A stretch of DNA of 64,000 nt from a bacterium (GTDB taxonomy: Bacteria > Electryoneota > Electryoneia > Electryoneales > Electryoneaceae): contig CAXXKJ010000002.1 of assembly GCA_963675295.2 (NCBI GenBank), forward strand, positions 832,001 through 896,000. Reading direction: 5' to 3'. This document shows, piece by piece, positions 39,463 to 49,934 of the stretch (within the stretch, counting starts at the first letter, position 1; every line of letters begins with the position of its first letter). Under the pieces are notes generated by a model. That model saw only the letters and a program-made list of their open reading frames with translations, did not search any database and was not told where the DNA came from. The translations under genes and the position numbers were made by a program.

Positions 39463-39496
39463 CCCGGTCCGGGCAAAGCGCCCGGGCCGGGTTTTT
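39463..39496 (+). terminator. Intrinsic terminator
   Basis: CCCGGTCCGGGC-AAAGC-GCCCGGGCCGGG-TTTTT. Confidence 0.8.
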
Positions 39497-39681
39497 ATGT
39501 TCGGGAATGGGGTGCTCTGAGACAATTCGACAAAAACAAGCGTATTTAGTTGATTTGGCATTTTTGTCGTATTAGATTTCCGCTAACTGTTCAAACTGGA
39601 AAAATACTAAGATGTTGGAATCAATAGAAATGGAAGTTCTCGCACATTCTTGTGACAGATTTAGCAAACCGTAAACTGACG

Positions 39682-39696
39682 ATACAACCTTGGGGG
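39682..39696 (+). promoter_or_regulatory. Conserved 5-prime leader motif ATACAACCTTGGGGG (also 42688-42702 and 46690-46704)
   Basis: Identical 15-mer 8-9 nt before the ATG of all three lamin-tail genes. Confidence 0.75.
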
Positions 39697-39705
39697 GAAG
39701 AAAAG

Positions 39706-42420
39706 ATGAGAGTGAAAACGGGTTTGGTTCTGGCCCTGGCATTGATCCTGAGCGTCTGGACCTTGGCAGCACACGCGGACATCGTGATCACGGAGATCAT
39801 GATCGATCCGCACGAAGTAAGCGATGGATATGGGGAGTGGTTTGAAGTGTATAACACCGGCACCGAAGATGTTGACATGTCCGGTTGGACCATTACCGAC
39901 GCTGATGGACAGTCGCATACGATCGGATCGCTGGTTGTTCCGGCGGGTGAGTATGGCTTGCTGGTTGAGACGGCGAACTCCAGCTGGAATGGCGGTGTTA
40001 GTGGCTACGACTACCATTATTCCGGTCATACCTTCGACAACACTGCGGACGAATTGTACCTGCGGAACAGCAGTGATGAGTTGATGGACGCGGTAGAGTG
40101 GGACATCAATGCGGATTGGTATGTGTGTCCAGGTACGACCGTGATCCTGTATGATATGGACACAGATAACAACGATCCGGCGAACTGGGGCCTCTCAACC
40201 GTGGCATGGCCGGGTAGCGATGAGGATTTCGGTTCTCCAGGTTACGAAAACGAAGAAGCCAGGGACGAACCGGTTGTCGTCATCAGCGAGATCATGTTCG
40301 ACCCACACGCTGTCAGTGACGGCTATGGTGAATGGTTTGAGCTGTACAACGCTGAAGACGATACGATCAACGTTCGTCTCTACACTTTCTCCGATCTGGG
40401 TGGTCAATCCTTTTTCATCGGAAACAACCTCTTCATTCCACCTAATGAACATGTTGTTCTGGTAGAAACGCCGAACTCTGACATCAACGGTGGTGTCATC
40501 GAGGATTATAGCTACAGCAGCTTCCTGTTGGATAACGAAGCGGATGAGATCATCCTCACCGGGATGTATGGCAATGTTGTGGACGAAGTTCACTACGACA
40601 TGGCCAACGGGTTTCCGCCTGCGGAAGGCGCGTCCATGACCCTTCCGAATCTCGAAGCGGACAACAATATCGGAGCGAACTGGGGGATTTCGACGGTCGT
40701 GTGGCAGGGCAGTGAGGGCGACTTTGGATCACCGAGTGAAGAAAATGAAGGTCCATATGTCCTACCCAACATTGTCATCTCCGAGATCATGTACGATCCC
40801 TTCGAGGTCATTGATGGCTACGGTGAATGGTTCGAGGTGACGAATCTTGGCGCACAAGCGGTCAACCTTCGCATGTGGACATTCAGCGATACCAGTGGTC
40901 AGACGTTCATGCCAGCGACAGATGTTTATGTCGAACCCGGCGATTATGTTGTCTTTGCGGAGACGGGGAATAGTTCGTACAACGGTGGTGTTAACGATGA
41001 TTTTGATTATGACGGCATGTATCTGACGAATGAAGCGGATCAGATCATTGTGCGCGACATGTACCACGATGTGATTGATGAAGTTTGGTATGATGAAGCC
41101 AACACCTTCCCGAGCGCATACGGTGCTTCGATCTATCTGCCAGATTTAGAAGCGGACAACAACGTCGGAACCAACTGGCTGATCTCGACGCTAGTCTGGC
41201 CGGGAGGTGACGGCGACTTCGGATCGCCGGGCGAACTAAACCAGGAGATCCCGGCACCGACACAGGTAAAGATCACGGAAATCATGAAGAATCCGGCCGC
41301 AGTCATTGATGGCTACGGTGAGTGGTTCGAGCTGGTCAACGAAGGCGATGAAGCGATCAATCTGCGTCTCTGGGATTTCTACGATGCGGGCGATGATTTC
41401 TTCACCGTCACTGCGCAACTGGTCCTGGAGCCAGGTGACTACGCCGTGCTCGCTGAGACGGGCAACTACAGTCTGAACGGCCATGTCGTTGATGATTACG
41501 ATTACAATAACATGGATCTCGACAACGGCGACGATGAGATCATCGCCCGCGATATTCACGGTGTTGTGCAGGATCAGATCTACTACCTCGTCGATGGCAA
41601 CTGGCCGGATCCGGAAGGTGCGACGATGACCTTGCCCGACCCGCGACTCGACAACCAGGATCCGCTGAACTGGGTGATCTCGGAGGAACCGTGGGGCGGC
41701 AGCGAGGGCGATTTCGGCTCGCCCAACTGGCCGATGCATCGCGGCATTCTGACGCTGACTCCGACGCAGACAGTGATTCCGGCCGGCGGCGGCAACCTGC
41801 AGTATGGCATTGATCTGGTGACGTACTTGTATGTTCCGTACGAAAACTGCGCGTTCTGGACGGAAGCGGTGATGCCGGACTCGACGGTGTACCCGATTGG
41901 CAACCAGTACTTCACACTGGCGCCGTTCCTCGCGGTGACGATGCCCAACCAGGTGCAGCCGGTTCCCGGCGGGGCGCCCGAAGGGGACTACACCTTCAAC
42001 GCGTACATTGGTTACCCGGAAACACACATCATCGACAGCTTCGAGTTCACCAAGCTCGGAAGTACGGGTGAATCGTTCGGACCGGAAGACTGGCTGGCCG
42101 CCAATCCGTTCACAACCCCGGATGAGGCAGCCGCGAACGTATCCACGATGCCGAACGACTACGCTGTCGGCAACGCGTACCCGAACCCGTTCAACCCGAC
42201 GACGTCGCTGGACATCAGCCTGCCGCAGGCGGGTGAACTGAACGTGTCAGTGTACAATGTGACCGGTCAGTTGGTATCAACGGTTGCCAGCGGGACGTTC
42301 CCGGCTGGCCGTCACACCCTGACTGTGAACGGCAGCCAGTTGGCGAGTGGTGTCTACTTTGTCCGTGCGACGGTTCCGGGCAAGATGACGGAGATGAGGA
42401 AACTCGTCCTGATGAAGTGA
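39706..42420 (+). CDS. Secreted protein with 4 tandem lamin tail domains, Ig-like domain and T9SS tail
   Basis: Four I(T/S)EIM..P...GEWFE..N repeats; signal peptide from ATG 39706. Confidence 0.88.
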   Translation: MRVKTGLVLALALILSVWTLAAHADIVITEIMIDPHEVSDGYGEWFEVYNTGTEDVDMSGWTITDADGQSHTIGSLVVPAGEYGLLVETANSSWNGGVSGYDYHYSGHTFDNTADELYLRNSSDELMDAVEWDINADWYVCPGTTVILYDMDTDNNDPANWGLSTVAWPGSDEDFGSPGYENEEARDEPVVVISEIMFDPHAVSDGYGEWFELYNAEDDTINVRLYTFSDLGGQSFFIGNNLFIPPNEHVVLVETPNSDINGGVIEDYSYSSFLLDNEADEIILTGMYGNVVDEVHYDMANGFPPAEGASMTLPNLEADNNIGANWGISTVVWQGSEGDFGSPSEENEGPYVLPNIVISEIMYDPFEVIDGYGEWFEVTNLGAQAVNLRMWTFSDTSGQTFMPATDVYVEPGDYVVFAETGNSSYNGGVNDDFDYDGMYLTNEADQIIVRDMYHDVIDEVWYDEANTFPSAYGASIYLPDLEADNNVGTNWLISTLVWPGGDGDFGSPGELNQEIPAPTQVKITEIMKNPAAVIDGYGEWFELVNEGDEAINLRLWDFYDAGDDFFTVTAQLVLEPGDYAVLAETGNYSLNGHVVDDYDYNNMDLDNGDDEIIARDIHGVVQDQIYYLVDGNWPDPEGATMTLPDPRLDNQDPLNWVISEEPWGGSEGDFGSPNWPMHRGILTLTPTQTVIPAGGGNLQYGIDLVTYLYVPYENCAFWTEAVMPDSTVYPIGNQYFTLAPFLAVTMPNQVQPVPGGAPEGDYTFNAYIGYPETHIIDSFEFTKLGSTGESFGPEDWLAANPFTTPDEAAANVSTMPNDYAVGNAYPNPFNPTTSLDISLPQAGELNVSVYNVTGQLVSTVASGTFPAGRHTLTVNGSQLASGVYFVRATVPGKMTEMRKLVLMK

Positions 42421-42460
42421 GTTAGCTCACACAAGATTCGTACAAAAAGTTGTATACATC

Positions 42461-42494
42461 AGCCAGTCCGGAGATTTCTCTGGGCTGGCTTTCT
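42461..42494 (+). terminator. Intrinsic terminator
   Basis: AGCCAGTCCGGAG...CTCTGGGCTGGCT-TTC. Confidence 0.7.
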
Positions 42495-42711
42495 ATTTCG
42501 GTATGGGCGAAGTCTCCGAGTCAAGTTTATAAGAGATTTTCGGAAATCCCGTTGATTTCTGGTTTTTCAGATATTATCCTTAAAAAACTATATACTGTTA
42601 CTTGCTATGTGAAGTAAGTACTTGATTATTATAAAACAAGGAGCAGGCAGAAACGTTTGAGATAAAAGTCACAAAGAGTACAACGTCATACAACCTTGGG
42701 GGGTTAAGGAA

Positions 42712-45700
42712 ATGAAGGGCATGAAATGGATGGTGGTGCTGGCAGCAATCTTTACACTGCTGGCCGGTGCTGCACAGGCAGATGTCATGATCACAGAGGT
42801 CATGATCAACCCGCTCGCGTCAGGCGACAACTACGGCGAGTGGTTCGAAGTGTACAATGACGGCGCGGAAGACGTCGACATGAGCGGCTGGACGGTTGAG
42901 GACAACGATGGCCAATCGTTCGTGATCTCAGCGTTTACGGTGCCCGCAGGTGACTACGCGGTTTTCGCGAAGTACAATAATGATGGGCTCAACGGGCACG
43001 TACCGTACGACTACAGCTATAATTCGGCGATGAATTTCGATGAGCCGGCGGACGAACTGATGATGTACGACGCCGAAGACAATTTGATGGATCAAGTTAC
43101 TTATGACAGTGGCAACGGCTGGGTGTACGTCGAAGGCGCATCGATTCAGTTGACGGATCTCGGTTCTGACAATAACGATCCGGCGAACTGGATAGTTTCG
43201 GAATACGGCTGGTATGAAGGCAACTGGGACTTTGGCACGCCAGGCATGGCATTCGACGGCCCGTATGCGACGAAGCACATGGTCATCAGCGAGATTCTGT
43301 ATGATCCGTTCTCCAGAGAGGACCAGTACGCGGAATGGTTCGAGGTGCACAACGCGGGTACGGACACGACGAACATGCGCTTGTGGACATTTGAGGATCT
43401 GGGTGGCAACTCATTCAGGGTCAATGCTCACATTCTGGTCGCGCCGGGAGAGTACGCTGTGTTTGGCCGTTACGACAACAACGGCTACAACGGGTACATC
43501 TATCCGGACTATGTGTACGGTGGGGATTTTCCGCTTGATAACCAGGCCGATGAAATCGTCATGCACAGGCCTGACGGAACGTTGCATGACGAGGTGCAGT
43601 ACGACGAATCGATGGGCTGGCCGACAGCCTGGGGCGCCAGCATGCAGTTGATGGACGTCAATGCGGACAACAGCGTCGCGTCCAACTGGACGATCTCCCG
43701 CTACGTCTGGCCGAGTAGCAACGGCGATTTCGGCACGCCGCATGAAGCGTTTGACGGACCGTACGATCCACACAACCTGATCATCAGTGAAATCCTTTAC
43801 GATCCAAACGCGACCGGTGATCAGTATGGTGAGTTCTTCGAAGTCTACAACGCAGGCGATGGTCCGACGGATCTGCGGTTGTGGACGGTGAAGGATGCCG
43901 ATTCCGATTCGTTCGCGGTGGCGGCCAGTGTGACGGTGCAACCGGGTGAGTACAAGGTCTTGGGCCGCTACGGCAACGAAGGCTACAACGGCAACATCGA
44001 CGATGACTATAACTACAACGGCGCGATGGTGATGGACGACGACGCCGACGAGGTCATGCTGTATGATCCGAACAGCCAGTTGCATGACATGGTTGCGTAC
44101 GATGAAGGCAGCGGTTGGCCGACAGCGTCCGGCGCGAGTATGCAGCTGACGGATCTGAACGATGACAACAACGATCCGGCGAGCTGGGTGATTTCGCGGA
44201 ACCCGTGGCCCGGCAGCCCGGGGGACTTCGGCACGCCGCACGATCCGTTTGATGGTCCGTACTACGATCATCACATGGTGATTACGGAAATCATGTACGA
44301 TCCGTATGTGTCTGCGGACAACCATGGGGAGTACTTCGAGCTGTACAACGCCGGTCAGGGACCGACCGACATCCGCCTTTGGGAAATCACCAGCGGAGAT
44401 GAACACTACCGGATTCAGTCCAGTGTCATCGCGCAGCCGGGTGAGTACCTCGTGCTCGGTATTTACGGCAACGAGGGCTACAACGGCCACATCAACGACG
44501 ATCTCGATTACGACAACGTCACGTTGAGCAATGTCGCGGACACGTTGACCATCATCGACCCGTACGGTGAAATTCACGACCAGGTGATGTACGATGAGGA
44601 AAATGGCTGGCCGAAACCGTTCGGCGCGAGTCTGCAGTTAACTGACCCGTTAGCGGACAACAGCGATCCGGCGAACTGGTACGCGGCGATGTGGCCGTGG
44701 CCGGACAGTGACGGCGACCTTGGCACGCCGGGCGTCGCCAATGACGGCCCGTACGCTGAAACACAGATCATCATCAGCGAAATCATGTACAACCCGCTGG
44801 CGGTGTCGGATCAATACGGTGAGTGGTTCGAGTTGCACAACGCCGGTACGGACACGGTCAACCTGAAGTATTGGATGTTCTACGACAACGATGCCGACAG
44901 CTTCTTTCCGACCAGCCAACAGTATGTCGCTCCGGGCGAAGAACTGGTGTTCGGGCGTTATGCAAACCCCGGGTACAACGGCAATGTCGTGGTGAACTTT
45001 GACTACGACAACTTCGTCTTCGATCATGACACCGACGAGATTTACATGTACGACGGCAACGGTGTTCTGATCGATGAAGTCGAGTATGACCTCACTGGCG
45101 ACTTTCCGAGTACCGAAGGCGCGTCGATTTACCTGGCGGACCTGAACACGGACAACAATGTCGGATCGAACTGGTACATCTCGACGATTGCCTGGCCGGG
45201 CAGTGTCGGCGATTTCGGTTCACCAGGTGAAGAAAACCAGGACATACCGGCTCCGTACCAGATCAAGATCACCGAGATCATGAAGGATCCGGCTGCCAGT
45301 TCTGACATTTACGGCGAGTGGTTTGAGATCGTCAACGAGAGCGACGAGCAAATCAACCTCCGTCTGTGGGAGTTCTACGACAACGACACGGATTATTTCC
45401 GGATTACCGACAATGTGTTTGTCGAGGCCGGTGATTATTGCGTGCTCGCGCGCTACGGCAACTATGGCTACAACGGTGGTGTCCAGGACGACTACAACTA
45501 CAATGGTCAGATGATCCTGGACAACGACGAGGACGATGAGATCATCATCCGCGACCTGTTCGGTGAGGTTCAGGACGAAGTCTGGTATCTGGAAGACGGC
45601 ATCTGGCCGGATCCGACCGGTGCGACGATGACGTTGCCGGATCCGCGTCTGCAGAACGACGACCCGGCGAACTGGGTTGTCTCGGAGAAGGCCTGGGGCG

Positions 45701-46422
45701 GCAGCGCCGGCGACTACGGTTCACCGGGTTGGCCGATGGAACGTGGTATTCTCACGTTGAACCCGAACCAGACGGTGATTCCGGCGGGCGGTGGCAACCT
45801 GACCTACGGCATTTCGCTGGTGACGTACCTGTACCCGGTTTACGAGAACTGTGCGTACTGGACCGAAGCGGTCATGCCGGATTCGACGGTTTACCCGATC
45901 GGCAACCAGTACTTCACGCTGACGCCGTTCCTCGCGGTCAATCTGCCGAACCAGGTGCAGCCGGTTCCAGGCGGTGCTCCGGAAGGGACGTACACCTTCA
46001 ACGCGTACGTTGGTTACCCGGAAACGCACATCATGGACAGTTTCGAGTTCACAAAGCTCGGCACGACAGGCGAACCGTTCGGGCCGGAAGACTGGCTCGC
46101 AGCGAATCCGTTTGAGGTGTTGGAAGAATCTGTCGCCAGCGAACCGGAACTGCCGACTGTGTTTGCGGTTGGCAACGCCTATCCGAACCCGTTCAACCCG
46201 AGCACGTCGCTGGATATCGACCTGCCGGAAGCGGGTGAGGTTGAGGTGGCAGTGTACAACGTGGCCGGACAGTTGGTCGCTACGGTAACGAAGGGTGTCT
46301 ACCAGGCTGGCTACCACACGTTCAGCATCGACGGGTCACACTGGGCGAGCGGCGTGTATTTCGTTCGCGCGACGATCCCTGGTCAGTTGACCGAGATGCG
46401 CAAAATTGTCCTTATGAAGTGA
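42712..46422 (+). CDS. Secreted protein with 6 tandem lamin tail domains, Ig-like domain and T9SS tail
   Basis: Six I(T/S)E repeats with (G/A)E(W/F/Y)FE..N; C-terminal YPNPFNPST. Confidence 0.9.
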   Translation: MKGMKWMVVLAAIFTLLAGAAQADVMITEVMINPLASGDNYGEWFEVYNDGAEDVDMSGWTVEDNDGQSFVISAFTVPAGDYAVFAKYNNDGLNGHVPYDYSYNSAMNFDEPADELMMYDAEDNLMDQVTYDSGNGWVYVEGASIQLTDLGSDNNDPANWIVSEYGWYEGNWDFGTPGMAFDGPYATKHMVISEILYDPFSREDQYAEWFEVHNAGTDTTNMRLWTFEDLGGNSFRVNAHILVAPGEYAVFGRYDNNGYNGYIYPDYVYGGDFPLDNQADEIVMHRPDGTLHDEVQYDESMGWPTAWGASMQLMDVNADNSVASNWTISRYVWPSSNGDFGTPHEAFDGPYDPHNLIISEILYDPNATGDQYGEFFEVYNAGDGPTDLRLWTVKDADSDSFAVAASVTVQPGEYKVLGRYGNEGYNGNIDDDYNYNGAMVMDDDADEVMLYDPNSQLHDMVAYDEGSGWPTASGASMQLTDLNDDNNDPASWVISRNPWPGSPGDFGTPHDPFDGPYYDHHMVITEIMYDPYVSADNHGEYFELYNAGQGPTDIRLWEITSGDEHYRIQSSVIAQPGEYLVLGIYGNEGYNGHINDDLDYDNVTLSNVADTLTIIDPYGEIHDQVMYDEENGWPKPFGASLQLTDPLADNSDPANWYAAMWPWPDSDGDLGTPGVANDGPYAETQIIISEIMYNPLAVSDQYGEWFELHNAGTDTVNLKYWMFYDNDADSFFPTSQQYVAPGEELVFGRYANPGYNGNVVVNFDYDNFVFDHDTDEIYMYDGNGVLIDEVEYDLTGDFPSTEGASIYLADLNTDNNVGSNWYISTIAWPGSVGDFGSPGEENQDIPAPYQIKITEIMKDPAASSDIYGEWFEIVNESDEQINLRLWEFYDNDTDYFRITDNVFVEAGDYCVLARYGNYGYNGGVQDDYNYNGQMILDNDEDDEIIIRDLFGEVQDEVWYLEDGIWPDPTGATMTLPDPRLQNDDPANWVVSEKAWGGSAGDYGSPGWPMERGILTLNPNQTVIPAGGGNLTYGISLVTYLYPVYENCAYWTEAVMPDSTVYPIGNQYFTLTPFLAVNLPNQVQPVPGGAPEGTYTFNAYVGYPETHIMDSFEFTKLGTTGEPFGPEDWLAANPFEVLEESVASEPELPTVFAVGNAYPNPFNPSTSLDIDLPEAGEVEVAVYNVAGQLVATVTKGVYQAGYHTFSIDGSHWASGVYFVRATIPGQLTEMRKIVLMK

Positions 46423-46462
46423 GTTAGCTAGCTCGATACTTGCACAGATATGCAAACATGAT

Positions 46463-46495
46463 AGCCAGTCCGGCTAAGCTACCGGACTGGCTTTT
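46463..46495 (+). terminator. Intrinsic terminator
   Basis: AGCCAGTCCGG-CTAAGCTA-CCGGACTGGCT-TTT. Confidence 0.75.
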
Positions 46496-46712
46496 CAAAC
46501 TCCTAGGGGACTATAGGCCTCCGAGACGAATACTTAAAGTATTTTTGGAAGTCAAGTTGATTTCCCACCGTATTGATATTATCCTTAAAAACCAATATAC
46601 TGCAAACAGGGCGTGTCGTAATATATTATTATTTTGCAACTTTCGTAGCGGCATCACGAGTAACAACACAACACAAAGAAGCACGCAGCATACAACCTTG
46701 GGGGTAGAACAC

Positions 46713-49700
46713 ATGAAGGGCATAACTTGGGTGGGAGCTTGGGCGTTAATCATGTTGGCGCTGATCGGGACTGCTCGGGCTGATATTGTGATTACTGAGA
46801 TCATGGTTGATCCGCTGGTGGCGTCCGACGCCAACGGTCAGTGGTTTGAATTGTACAACAGCAGTGCGGAGGCAGTCGACCTTTCCGGCTGGTCCTTTTC
46901 GGACAATGACGGTCAGAATTATGTCGTTTCCTCTTACACGATCGAAGCGGGCGACTATGCTGTGTTCGGTATTACGACCAGCACGTTCTACAATGGCAAC
47001 ACCCCGGTAAATCTAGCGTATGGTTCCGCAATAACATTCGATTACTCGGCGGATGAACTTTTGATTTACGATGCGACCAGCAACCTCGTAGACGAAGTGT
47101 GGTATGACGAGAGCACGTGGTCGTACTGTGAAGGTGCATCAATTCAGTTGTCTGACCCTGGATTGGACAATAACGATCCTTCAAACTGGGTCATTTCCGG
47201 ATTCGGCTGGATGACGGGTAACGTCGATAATGGTACGCCCGGCGTGGCATTCGATGGTCCCTATGCGATTCCTGCCATTGTGGTAAGCGAACTGCTGTTC
47301 CACCCGAATGTCGCCAGTGAAGCGAATGGTGAGTGGTTCGAGATATTTAACGCTGGCACGGAGTCCACTGACATGCGTCTCTGGAATTTTCGGGATGCAG
47401 ACAATACTGGTTTTCGTCTTGAGGCTCACCTGATTATCGAACCAGGTGATTTCCTGGTATTCGCGCCGACAACCAGCACCTTTTATAACGGCGGTGTGCC
47501 GGTTGACTTGCAGTATGGGGGGGCGATCACATTCGACAATGATCAGGATGAGCTGATTCTATACAATCCTTACGGCGATGTTCATGACCAGGTGCAGTAT
47601 AACGTGGCGAACGGCTGGCCGACTGCCAGTGGTGCCAGTATGCAGTTAACAGACCTCGGCGCAGACAATGATGATCCGGCGAACTGGGTGATTTCCCGCA
47701 ATGCGTGGGTAGGCAGTGCGGGCGACTTCGGTACGCCGGGTGAGGTGTTCGACGGACCTTACGCTCCGTATGACATGGTGATTACCGAGCTGATGTATGA
47801 TCCGTACGTCTCTTCGGATGAGAACGGGGAATGGTTCGAGATCACCAACGCGGGTTCAGTTCCGGAAAACCTGCGGTTGTGGGAGTTCTTCACCAGCGAC
47901 AACTATTTCCGTGTCAGTGGCAGCATCATGGTGCCGGCGGGTGAAAGCGTCGTCTTCGCTCCGACAACCAGCACTTTCTATAATGGCGGAGTAGCTGTCG
48001 ACTATGCGTATGGTGGTGCTTTGAGCTTCGAAAACGAAGCCGACCAATTAAAAATCGTAGACCCCTCTGGGGTAGTTCATGACAGTATTGCCTATGATGA
48101 AGCTGGCGATTGGCCGCAGCCGTTCGGTGCGAGCATGCAATTAAACGACATCAACAATGAAAACAACGATGGCACCAACTGGTATGCGTCCATGTGGCCG
48201 TGGACCGGCAGTGCCGGCGATCTCGGCACACCGGGTGAAGTTAACGACGGGCCATATGAGGATCCACACGTCATCATCAGTGAGATCATGTACAACCCGC
48301 TGGCGTCCAGCGACGACAGCGGGGAATGGTTTGAGCTGCACAACGCAGGCCAGGACACGATTAACGTCAAGTACTGGACCATGTATGATGCCGGGGGGCA
48401 GAGTTTCTTTCCCGCTGCACAGCTGTACATCCCGCCGGGTGAGGAAGTGGTGTTGGGCAGGAACGGGTCAATGTCATACAATGGCGGTATCGCCTCCATG
48501 GACTACGTTTTTGGTGGCGCCATGGCTTTCGACAACGATGCCGACGAGCTGTTCCTGACCGACTTGAACGGCAATGCGATTGACGCCGTCGAATATGATT
48601 TGAGTAGCGACTGGCCGGATGTGGAAGGGGCGTCGATATATTTGCCGGACGTACTGGCGGATAACAACCTCGCTTCGAGTTGGCACATTGCGACCTTGGC
48701 CTGGTCAGGGAGTTACGGCGATTTTGGTTCACCAGGCGAGGCAAACCAGGCAGTACCGGGTCCTTACACGTTCGTCATCTCGGAAATCATGATCAATCCG
48801 GTGGCTTCCAGCGACGATAATGGTGAGTGGTTCGAGTTGTTCAACAACGGTCCGGAACCGGTCAACCTGCGTCTCTGGGAGTTCTACGACAACGATGGTC
48901 AAAGCTTCATCATCCCGAGCGATGTTTTCATCGGCACAAACGAGTACATCGTGCTCGGACGAAACGGAAGCACATTCTATAACGGCGGTGTGACGCCGAT
49001 GGCCTATGTTTACAGCGGTGCGATGTCATTCGACAACGACGCCGACGAACTCATTATGAAGGATATTCGCAACAACATCGTCGACCGTGTGGAGTGGACG
49101 ACGGATGTCGAATGGCCGCATCCGGAAGGCGCGTCGATTTACTTGCTGAATCCGTACGAAGACAACAACGTCGGCACCAGCTGGGCAATTTCGACGGAAG
49201 CCTGGCCAGGTTCGTACGGAGACTATGGATCGCCGAATGAGAGCAACGTTGCGGGTCTGCTCGATGTGACCCCACTGGTGGAAACCATCCCGGCTGCAGG
49301 CGGTACGTTGACCTACGACATGCACCTGATCAGCTACCTGGCGAACTCGTTTGAGAACATGGCGTACACGGCGAAGGTAATGTTGCCGGGTGGATCACCG
49401 ACGATTCAGCTGATGAACCAGTACTTCACGCTGCCGCCGTTCTTCAACTATTCAACGCAGATCTCGCACGTTGTCCCACCGGGTGCACCGGCTGGAGAAT
49501 ACCTGTACAGTGCACGTGTAGGCTATCCGACAGTGTATGTGAGCGACAGCTTCACGTTTACCAAGCTGGGTTCGACCGGGGAATCATGGTCATTGGAGGA
49601 TTGGACCACGTCCGGATTCGGAATCGCAGAGGACCTAATCAGCAGCGAACCCGAGGCGGCGTTGCCGACAGTGTTTGCGGTTGGCAACGCGTACCCGAAC

Positions 49701-49934
49701 CCGTTCAACCCGAGTACGTCACTGGATATCGACCTGCCGGAAGCGGGTGAGGTTGAGGTGGCGGTGTACAACGTGGCCGGGCAGCTGGTCGCGACGGTGA
49801 CGAAGGGTGTCTACCAGGCTGGCTACCACACGTTCAGCATCGACGGGTCACACTGGGCGAGCGGCGTGTATTTCGTTCGCGCGACGATCCCGGGTCAGTT
49901 GACCGAGATGCGGAAGATCGTGCTGATGAAGTAA
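46713..49934 (+). CDS. Secreted protein with 5 tandem lamin tail domains, Ig-like domain and T9SS tail
   Basis: True start probably ATG 46713 (MKGITWVG, signal peptide); five repeats; tail identical in protein to the 42712 gene. Confidence 0.88.
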   Translation: MKGITWVGAWALIMLALIGTARADIVITEIMVDPLVASDANGQWFELYNSSAEAVDLSGWSFSDNDGQNYVVSSYTIEAGDYAVFGITTSTFYNGNTPVNLAYGSAITFDYSADELLIYDATSNLVDEVWYDESTWSYCEGASIQLSDPGLDNNDPSNWVISGFGWMTGNVDNGTPGVAFDGPYAIPAIVVSELLFHPNVASEANGEWFEIFNAGTESTDMRLWNFRDADNTGFRLEAHLIIEPGDFLVFAPTTSTFYNGGVPVDLQYGGAITFDNDQDELILYNPYGDVHDQVQYNVANGWPTASGASMQLTDLGADNDDPANWVISRNAWVGSAGDFGTPGEVFDGPYAPYDMVITELMYDPYVSSDENGEWFEITNAGSVPENLRLWEFFTSDNYFRVSGSIMVPAGESVVFAPTTSTFYNGGVAVDYAYGGALSFENEADQLKIVDPSGVVHDSIAYDEAGDWPQPFGASMQLNDINNENNDGTNWYASMWPWTGSAGDLGTPGEVNDGPYEDPHVIISEIMYNPLASSDDSGEWFELHNAGQDTINVKYWTMYDAGGQSFFPAAQLYIPPGEEVVLGRNGSMSYNGGIASMDYVFGGAMAFDNDADELFLTDLNGNAIDAVEYDLSSDWPDVEGASIYLPDVLADNNLASSWHIATLAWSGSYGDFGSPGEANQAVPGPYTFVISEIMINPVASSDDNGEWFELFNNGPEPVNLRLWEFYDNDGQSFIIPSDVFIGTNEYIVLGRNGSTFYNGGVTPMAYVYSGAMSFDNDADELIMKDIRNNIVDRVEWTTDVEWPHPEGASIYLLNPYEDNNVGTSWAISTEAWPGSYGDYGSPNESNVAGLLDVTPLVETIPAAGGTLTYDMHLISYLANSFENMAYTAKVMLPGGSPTIQLMNQYFTLPPFFNYSTQISHVVPPGAPAGEYLYSARVGYPTVYVSDSFTFTKLGSTGESWSLEDWTTSGFGIAEDLISSEPEAALPTVFAVGNAYPNPFNPSTSLDIDLPEAGEVEVAVYNVAGQLVATVTKGVYQAGYHTFSIDGSHWASGVYFVRATIPGQLTEMRKIVLMK

